A DNA stretch of 42,276 nucleotides, from NCBI GenBank assembly GCA_900088475.1, contig FLMG01004074.1:1-42276 (forward strand), written 5' to 3'. Positions 1 to 7,531 of the stretch are shown in pieces. How positions within the stretch are numbered: position 1 is the stretch's first letter; each line of letters opens with the position of its first letter. Under the pieces are notes generated by a model, which saw only the letters and a list, made by a program, of their open reading frames with translations, ran no database searches and was not told the DNA's origin. The stretch comes from Hyphochytrium catenoides (lineage: Eukaryota; Protista; Hyphochytriomycota). The translations under genes and the position numbers were made by a program.

Positions 1-130
1 CGAGAAATCGGATGAAAATCGGATGAAATGGGTGTGACGCGAAATGACGTCAGTGGCCGTTGCAGGCTCCACATTTTAAAAAATCTCAAAAGTTCATCCG
101 TCCGATTTTCGTCCATCCGATTTGGGAGTG
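1..130. mobile_element. Putative end of a TIR DNA transposon (CACTA/EnSpm-like terminus with subterminal repeats), truncated by the window edge
   Basis: The minus strand from 130 reads CACTCCCAAATCGGATGG. The motif AAATCGGA(TG) occurs twice on + (5-14, ~16-25) and twice inverted (~101-109, 114-123). A CAC- terminus with short subterminal repeats in both orientations is typical of CACTA-type ends. The other end is not visible. Confidence 0.35.
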
Positions 131-235
131 CTTGCAGAATGTCGCTATTGTACCTTCTTGACTCGACCACGACCTTCTAGAAGACGTTGATTATTTGCTA
201 TTTGTGTTACTAACGATTATTTATAACCCTAAGCT

Positions 236-776
236 AGTACTAGTAGGTAGAGAGATACTCTAGCATCGCGCCCCTTCGGGGCTTTCACTGCGACAAGGCG
301 ATCACTGAACGTCATGACTTTATTAATCCCTTTACTGTTGCCTCTCTAGACCATGGCTGGCACCTCGAGACTTTTCAAGGTAGTACAGTAGGAGTACTTA
401 GGAGCTATTATCAGTACAGTTACAGAAATAAACTTACTTGTAGCAATGTCTTGTAGAGTAGCTAGTAGTAGTAGGTAGAGAGATACTCTAGCATCGCGCC
501 CCTTCGGGGCTTTCACTGCGACAAGGCGATCACTGAACGTCATGACTTTATTAATCCCTTTACTGTTGCCTCTCTAGACCATGGCTGGCACCTCGAGACT
601 TTTCGAGGTAGTACAGTAGGAGTACTACATCCTATCAGTACCGTTACAGAAATAGACTGCTGAGCAATATCTTATTATAAAGTAGCAAGTAGTAGTAGGT
701 AGAGAGATACTCTAGCATCGCGCCCCTTCGGGGCTATCACTGCGACAAGGCGATCACTGAACGTCATGACTTTATT
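236..776. repeat. Tandem array of ~224-228-bp units (2 full + partial) with a GC hairpin; Helitron-like termini on the minus strand
   Basis: TAGTAGGTAGAGAGATACTCTAGCATCGCGCCCCTTCGGGGCT(T/A)TCACTGCGACAAGGCGATCACTGAACGTCATGACTTTATT starts at 241, 469 and 693. 241-397 and 469-625 differ at one base (377/605); the last ~70 nt of each unit are homologous but visibly diverged. The confidence applies to the repeat, not to the Helitron interpretation. Confidence 0.95.
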
Positions 777-1009
777 TGTATACTACTTCTTCATAGTTAT
801 GTCTACTTGTCCTGCTCCGCCTTCTTCTGCTACAGATAGCGCCGAGCGAGAGGCCACGATCTCAGCTCTTCGGGCCATGCTGCTGCACAATGGCTTCATT
901 ATACAATATTCTTTTTACCTCTTACTCGGTCGGTCAATTCAGTCAAAAACCACGCACGCCCTTTTTTGCTCGTCAAGGAGAGGACGCTCAATATTCTTTG
1001 TTGCCAAGG

Positions 1010-2449
1010 ATGAAATCGACGGTCTCGTCGTACCTACTCCTCCTGGTAGGATTCTTCCTTGTCCATTCTACTAGCCTCGCAGCAGCGCGGAATGGGAATA
1101 TACGTAGGCCTTTCGATCGTGCGTTGTTGGATACCAACTCCGCCGACTCGTGGGACGATTCTGCAGAAATTCCTGTGGAGCCACAAAGCATTTATCCCTT
1201 CAACAGTGTCCATTTATGGGGCAACTTCATTCTGCACCTCATCAAGACCACCAACACCCCCCCCCCCAAGGCGGCGTATTACATGGCTATAATGCACAGT
1301 GCCATCTTTGATGCAGTCAATGGTATTATGAACACATACGTACCTTACAAGAGCACCCCATTGTACCCTGCCACCGATGCCAACGTGGACGCTGCAGTAG
1401 CGTCAGCCGCCGCCACAGTACTAAAGGCTTACTACCCGACTAACGCGTCCAGAATCCAAGCACGATTTACCACCCACTTGGCGTTAATTCCCGATAGTAT
1501 CCCAAAAAGCCTTGGCCTGTATCTCGGGCTTCATATAGCCGAGAAAACTTTGGCTTCTCGCCTGAATGACAACTCTAATCTTGCTACTCAACTCCCGGCA
1601 GACCGGACAATCAATATTGGCGATTGGTATGACGGTGATAGGCGGTCACCAGTCCTACCTTACTGGAGTAAGGTCACCCCCTTCGCCATCGAAAGCTCTT
1701 CCAAGTACAGACCTGTCAATGTTCCTCCACTTACTCGAGGTGTCTCGATGAACAACGTCACTCAACAGCAATATATGGTCGATCGCTTGGACCCTAAATT
1801 TATCGAGGAGTTCAGGGTAAGCAAAGACTTTGGCAAGAGGGACTCAGGAGTCCGAAACGCCGAACAGACATCTACTGCTTTCTTATGGGAAGACGGCGCA
1901 AATACTTTCACACCACCCGGTCGATGGAACCTGATTGCACGGTCTATTACATTAAGGAAAGGATCGTCTGTCCTGGAGACGGCTCGTGTCTATGCACTGA
2001 TGAATATCGCAATGGCGGATGCTGGAATTGCTGCGTGGGACACCAAATATGCATTCATGTACTGGCGTCCGCGAGAGTGTATTCGGTTCCGTTGGAGATC
2101 TCCAAGGGCTACCACTACTCCGATAGTGGCCAGTGATCCCGCCTGGGAGCCATTGCTCCCCACGCCACCGCATCCAGACTTTGTATCCGGCCATAGCACT
2201 TTCAGTGGTGCAGCGGCGAAAGTACTGAGCAGCATCTTTGGTGAAATGACGACCTTCACAACGACAACCAATTCACTCCGTTTCAATGGCTCGCTCACGT
2301 ACCAGAATATTACAATGGCTGCTGAAATGGCGGGTTGGAGCCGCGTCTGGGGTGGTATCCACTTTCCCTTGGCCAACTCTGAAGGTCTGAAGATGGGCAC
2401 ATCCATAGGAAAAGAAGTCATGGATAAGCTGCTCAAGAAGCGTAGCTAG
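1010..2449 (+). CDS. Secreted vanadium-dependent haloperoxidase / PAP2-superfamily enzyme (bacterial chloroperoxidase-like), intronless
   Basis: All three vanadate/phosphate-binding motifs are present: K-x6-RP (WDTKYAFMYWRP), SGH (PTPPHPDFVSGHS) and SR-x5-H (SRVWGGIHF). Also present are AIFDAVNGI, DAAVASAAATVL and WEDGANTFTPPGRWNLIA, segments typical of bacterial VHPO-like proteins. Met41 of the 890 ORF (1010) begins a signal-peptide-like stretch MKSTVSSYLLLLVGFFLVHSTSLAAA. Confidence 0.9.
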   Translation: MKSTVSSYLLLLVGFFLVHSTSLAAARNGNIRRPFDRALLDTNSADSWDDSAEIPVEPQSIYPFNSVHLWGNFILHLIKTTNTPPPKAAYYMAIMHSAIFDAVNGIMNTYVPYKSTPLYPATDANVDAAVASAAATVLKAYYPTNASRIQARFTTHLALIPDSIPKSLGLYLGLHIAEKTLASRLNDNSNLATQLPADRTINIGDWYDGDRRSPVLPYWSKVTPFAIESSSKYRPVNVPPLTRGVSMNNVTQQQYMVDRLDPKFIEEFRVSKDFGKRDSGVRNAEQTSTAFLWEDGANTFTPPGRWNLIARSITLRKGSSVLETARVYALMNIAMADAGIAAWDTKYAFMYWRPRECIRFRWRSPRATTTPIVASDPAWEPLLPTPPHPDFVSGHSTFSGAAAKVLSSIFGEMTTFTTTTNSLRFNGSLTYQNITMAAEMAGWSRVWGGIHFPLANSEGLKMGTSIGKEVMDKLLKKRS

Positions 2450-2463
2450 TACTTTAATGGTGG

Positions 2464-3118
2464 GAGAGAGAGAGAGAGAAGAGAGAAGGAAAGAGAGAGA
2501 GGGAGAGAGCGGTTGAGGTTGCGTATCTACAAAGAAGGAGGACAGTATCTTTCCGTTGGGTCAGGGCAGCAAGAGAAGAAGATCGGGACGGAAATAGAAT
2601 AACTTTTACATTGGAAACGAAATCTCCCTCCACTGGCAGCAGCCGTCTCCTCTCTCTCCCTCCCTCTCGTCTCTCTCTCTCATTTCCTCCCCCTCTCTCT
2701 CTCTTCCTCTCTCGCTCTCTCGCTCTCTTGGACTCTTTTGCCTCAAGCACCGCTTGTCATTCTTCTTTGGCCGTCTCTTCTGACTTTTGAAAACTTTTTA
2801 TTCCGTAATCTGTGTCGTCTCTCTCTTCTCAAATCTCTCATCTCTCTCCTTGTTTGGTTGCTCCATCCCTAAGAGTCGTATCTTTCTGTGACTCTTCCTT
2901 CACTTGACACGATAGGTGCAGCAGCGGCAGAGAGAGACAAAAAGAGAGAGAGAGAGAGAGAGACAAAAAAGAGAGCGTCGCGAATGACAGGAAGAGGTGG
3001 GCTGGGAGAAGAAGCGGCCGCCACAGGCCGTCCATCGCCCGACCCAACTCAGGGAGAAACCTGGAGCAGAGAGAGAGACTTTCGATGATGTTCGAGGAGC
3101 AGACGGGGGGAGAGAGAG

Positions 3119-3149
<31 letters not shown>

Positions 3150-3688
3150 AGAACAAGCTTGCGAAGATCGGATGATGGCAGATGAAAGGTCACGATGTTG
3201 CATCTGACCAGAGACCCCGTTTCTGGTGCCTTTTTGAGTCCTGTTTAAACTCTCTCTCTATCTCTCTTCTCTCTATCTCCCTGCGCTGCTTTCTTAGATG
3301 GCTCCCTCTACCTTCTGTCTAACCCTTTCCCGTCTTCCTCTCGTTGGGCTTTGCTCTTCCTGCAGACGCAGTCTGACCGGACATTAGGTCACGACAGGTA
3401 GAGATGGAATGTGTGAGAGGGAGAGAAAGAGGGAGAGAGAGCACAGAGAGAGAGAGAGGCAGAGAGAAAGGGTGAGAGAGAGAGACAGAGAGAGAGAGAG
3501 AAAGAGAGAGAGAGAGTTCGAGGGCCGTTATATTGTCTCTCAGTTTGTCTTTTATAGCGTCGTCTAATCTTCGGTTTGACTATTGCTGCTGCCATGAGCT
3601 CTCTTTGTCTCACTGGTGGTCAGGCCACAGGAACCCAAACTCTATTTGTGAGGGAAGAGAGCCGGAAAAAAGAGAATCTTCGAAGAGG

Positions 3689-3724
<36 letters not shown>

Positions 3725-3739
3725 NNNNNNNNNNNNNNN

Positions 3740-3777
<38 letters not shown>
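2464..3777. repeat. (AG)n/(CT)n microsatellite-rich region including a short N-gap
   Basis: Multiple pure and imperfect GA/TC runs; Ns at ~3725-3739. Confidence 0.9.
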
Positions 3778-3780
<3 letters not shown>

Positions 3781-3909
3781 TCCAGGTCTTGCTGCCAGTT
3801 CTATTGCAAACACCCGTACCTCTTCGAGCCTATTTGACTGAACCTCAAAAATCACACTTATGATAATCATTGGTTATCTCCAACTCCTGAGTTTTTAGAT
3901 AATGTTCCA

Positions 3910-3942
3910 TGTTCGGGGAACCCCTGTTCGGGGAACCCCTGT
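3910..3942. repeat. 15-bp tandem duplication TGTTCGGGGAACCCC x2
   Basis: Exact copies at 3910-3924 and 3925-3939; each contains the mini-hairpin GGGG-AA-CCCC. Confidence 0.85.
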
Positions 3943-4059
3943 ACATGTAGGGCAAAACGTACCCTTAGTAGAAGTCTAATTATCAATAAATCCAGACACC
4001 TCGCATATTACGTGCTTTTAGACTCCCTTTATCAAGAACACAAATGGCTGCCTAAGCCT

Positions 4060-4985
4060 AACCTAATGCACCAAGCTTCATCACGTTTTTGTTCTGAATA
4101 ACAGCCTCTGAACTCCTTAGTAGACGACATTATCAAGAACACATAGATCTTGATTTATAATCCAGCTGGACAGGGAGATAGAGTGGACCCTGGAAGATAC
4201 AGTGGCAAGTGTCAATCTTCACACAAAGCTTCAGAACGATGAAGGAGGAGGAAATGGATCATGGCATCATCATCAATCATCTTCCTCATCGAGATCATCC
4301 AGACCATGGATGTCCCCATCCACACTCATCAGGACTTTCACTATCACTAAAACGAAGAGCAGCTAAGGAGTAGCCTTTGAAAGCTGAAAGAGGTTCCTCT
4401 TCCTTCATACTGGCCCCATCTTTGACGACGGCAATCACCACGTGCTGCTCCCAGCATCTTGCTCCTCCTCCCCTACTCATCAATGATTAAAAGAGTACGG
4501 AGTCTCATTCCTCCATGAAGAAGAGGAAGCAGCAGGGGCGGCTAAAAATAGCCATCGGAGGCAGAACAGCTTCCTGCTATACGGTTCACACGACTTTCGC
4601 CACTTGGTTTTCTGCCATGCCAAGCTAGTTGCCTGGACGTGGATAGGAGTAGTAGTTGTTGGTGAGGTAGTAGAAGAGACGACGGCGGAGGCGGAGGCGG
4701 AGGATGTGGTTGAGGAATATGCACAACGGAACAGCAGGTCTGTGCGAGGAGAAGATGTCATTGGCCTGGCATATGGATGAAGGTGCCCGATCATTAGCCG
4801 ACCTCCACCAAGGGCAGACCGATGCCGTGCTGGCCCTGGCGACCTCCGCCGGCAACATATTGTTAGCAGCTTTTATAGGATGAGAGAAGACGGGGTAATC
4901 CCAACCATTATTGTGGAAAGGAGGATATCAACATACGTTTCTGTTTTGAATAACAACCTAATGCACCAAGCTTCATTACGTTTCT
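4060..4985. repeat. Dispersed, circularly permuted ~43-bp repeat (copies ~4060-4103 and ~4935-4985)
   Basis: AACCTAATGCACCAAGCTTCATCACGTTTTTGTTCTGAATAAC versus ACGTTTCTGTTTTGAATAACAACCTAATGCACCAAGCTTCATTACGTTTCT. Confidence 0.75.
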
Positions 4986-5159
4986 AATTTGCTCGTTCGG
5001 AAGAGCTTGCCCTTGGCAATGGAGGAGCGGGAGCCCGCGTCGTCAGTGCTATAGCATGGTTGAAGCTAACCTGTCCATTGACCGATAGTTCTATGGAGAC
5101 AATAAGGGCTACTCTCACTGAGCCTCACATCCAGCCCTCCAAATTCCCTCCTTCCGGGT

Positions 5160-6670
5160 GGTTACGGGCTACCTTCCTTGAATGTAAAGTAACAATTGAG
5201 GTCGGAGTGAAGTATCGAACAATAGGGTGTGTACAAGTTCTGCCAAGCACCCGACATGATATTTGCTGATGATGAGACATAATAATAGATCTCAGAGCAG
5301 CTACTGTTATCGTTGGTCGCTTTATTCTTGAGTCCCACAGGCTTCACACAGGGGTATAAAACATGGCAGCATTACTTACCTAGCCTCGCGGAAGACCTCG
5401 CTGCGATGCAGAACACAGACCAAAAATTCCTCCCAAACCTTGAATGTTTATGACCAAACATTACCGCTATATAATATGCCTTAAAAGGGACAGAGAGAGA
5501 CTGCTAAGGTATCATCTGTTCGCCAGAGGAAGATGCAGTGCTCACGATAAATAAGCCAGCAGTTGCCCTGTCAAGGACCTTTATCCTGCTGACGATTGCG
5601 ATAACAGGCAACCCAATTGAACCCCTTGCTGTCTTGACAAATCTCTTGTGTCCTGGACGATAATGGGCACCCGCAGAGAAGGCGAAGAAGACAGCAGATC
5701 ACCAACTTATGGGCTATTAAAATGTATTCAAAGCTACTAAGAAGAAGAAAGAAGAGAAGGCAGCAGGTACGAAGGCTTGGTCTTTTCATTTTCTCCCATT
5801 ACGAAAAAGCAAATTTTGCCATACAAAAGGCTCAGGGTCTACTTGGTCATCGCTGCTGCAGCAGTGAAGAGAAAGGGGATTAGCAAGCCCACAACGAAGT
5901 CTCCACTCTTCATTATTAGTAGGTCAATTATGCTAAAAGTTGTATGATAATTAAGGCAGAGTTCTCCTCGTTGATAAATAACCTCCTCCTACAAATCATC
6001 TGCTACGCAATCTGTCGCCTCTAAGAGTTTGTAAAGTCACACCTTATGGTCCGTTGTCGAAGCCGGCATCTTTAGTAGCTAAATCTTCCGAGGACAATTA
6101 CTGTGTTTAGAATGAATATTACCAGCTGCGGTGCAAAGGAGGAACCAGGAACCGAAGGAGTGGACGGGCCGCTATAATAATACTATCCAATCGGGTCCAG
6201 CAAGAATTCAGAGACGGTATATTATTGTCTCATCCTATTGTTGTTCTTATTGCTTCTTCTGCCCGTATAAAGGTGCCGACTGCCGACTATGGCTGCAAGA
6301 TAGATCAAGCTGTAGATAGATTATTTAGTTGCTATTTTGTTGTACAGGAACACAAAATCATCATCATTTGTTGTAACGTGGATTTGCCCTTTTTTCCAGA
6401 CCATCAACCATCTTCCATGCTTGATTTGGAATAAGAGAGTCATTTCAACATACTTATTCTGATTTTGTACAGTAACACATCATAGTAGGAGGATAGACCT
6501 CTTTAGTAGTTCTGGGTTTTGACAGAATGGTCCTCAGAAAGGGGTCCAAGTTGGCAATCAAGAGTATCGGGTGCATCTGGCGATGCTTCTTTCATCGCTG
6601 TTGAGGCGGATCTTGGCTACTCTCCTGCCATAGTGACCACAGCATGTGTATCAACTAGTGCAACCGTATT
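5160..6670 (-). mobile_element. Possible heavily decayed Ty3/gypsy-like pol relic (protease-RT)
   Basis: Broken minus-strand fragments in the expected order: VALVDTHAVVT (~6664-6632, cf. ALVDTGA), TFSIIDL..KSG (~5940-5905, cf. FSKIDLKSG), LYGKICFFVM (~5828-5797) and LYPCVKPVGLKNKA (~5360-5318, cf. MPFGLKNAP). Many stops and frameshifts; no YxDD seen. Confidence 0.3.
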
Positions 6671-7531
6671 GAGACAGCTATACCAGATATGACGACGAAG
6701 CTGATGAGACCACGGAGCTTCATCACCAACAAACTGAATGATTGACATTATTCTTTGGACCCCATAACGTCCGCAGGAAGTAAACACTCGCTTTCATGCA
6801 GCGGAAGTAGCTCCAATATAGTCCAATAACGGTAGTCCTATGCACTACAATCTCTTCTTGATCTCTTCTCTCTTTTTTTCTCTCTCTCTTCTCTCCGATC
6901 AAAAACGTTACCGCTTGCCCTACCTACGTTTGGTTTGCCATGTTCATATAACTATAACTACTATACACTATACCCCCTTTGTTTGCAACCTGGATAACTG
7001 ATGCTCCATAAGTAAACGCTCGATAAGTGGCTGACACTTGTGTACTTGAAGTACTGTAGCCCTCGGGATAAGTAACCGCACTGAAACAATAAGTATAGGC
7101 TGTACTTGTACAAGTAGTCATTTGAAGGACTGTCCTCCACAGCTCGCTCCTCCAGTACCGCGAGAAGATTCTTTTCATAACGAAGTCAAACGTTCTTGCC
7201 GTGAGACAGAGGGACAGACAGAGTATGAGATAAGGCAGAGCAGCAGAGAAAAGAGAGACAGAGAGAGAGAATGCGACAGGTGGTATGTGAAAGGATAGTA
7301 GATCCTGATCAGGGAGATGGGACAAACTCTACTGAGAGGCGAGAGACAACGAGCCTGCCTGCTGGTGAAGATTGATGCTTCATCTCTCAAAGGAGCCTCA
7401 TCATCTGGCGGTCCTTTGTGAGCTATGTCCCTCAGCTGCCTCAGCGTCGATTAACGACGACTTGAGCATCGATCAACCACCTGATACGCTGCAGGCGAGA
7501 AGAAGAAGAAAGAGAGAAAGAGAGAAGAAGA

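Noticed and set aside
268-290. Rho-independent terminator (GC hairpin + TTT)
   Set aside because: Eukaryotic context, only three T, and the third copy has TAT.
241-776. CRISPR array, hammerhead retrozyme or SECIS reading of the tandem repeat
   Set aside because: The variable parts are homologous to each other rather than unique spacers, and no cas genes are present. I found no CUGANGA/GAAA hammerhead core on either strand. SECIS helix spacing fits poorly and no upstream selenoprotein is visible.
890-1009. Upstream ATG as the haloperoxidase start
   Set aside because: The signal-peptide-like segment begins at Met41 (1010); the extra 40 aa look non-conserved.
2454-3870. ORFs rich in ER/SL dipeptides (also 37104-37414 and 38527-41717)
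   Set aside because: These are translations of (AG)n/(CT)n microsatellites and N-gaps.
6924-7325. 133-aa minus-strand ORF with a Thr/Tyr/Ser-rich C-terminus
   Set aside because: No recognisable domain, the N-terminal half is CT-repeat derived, and no consistent splice model was found.
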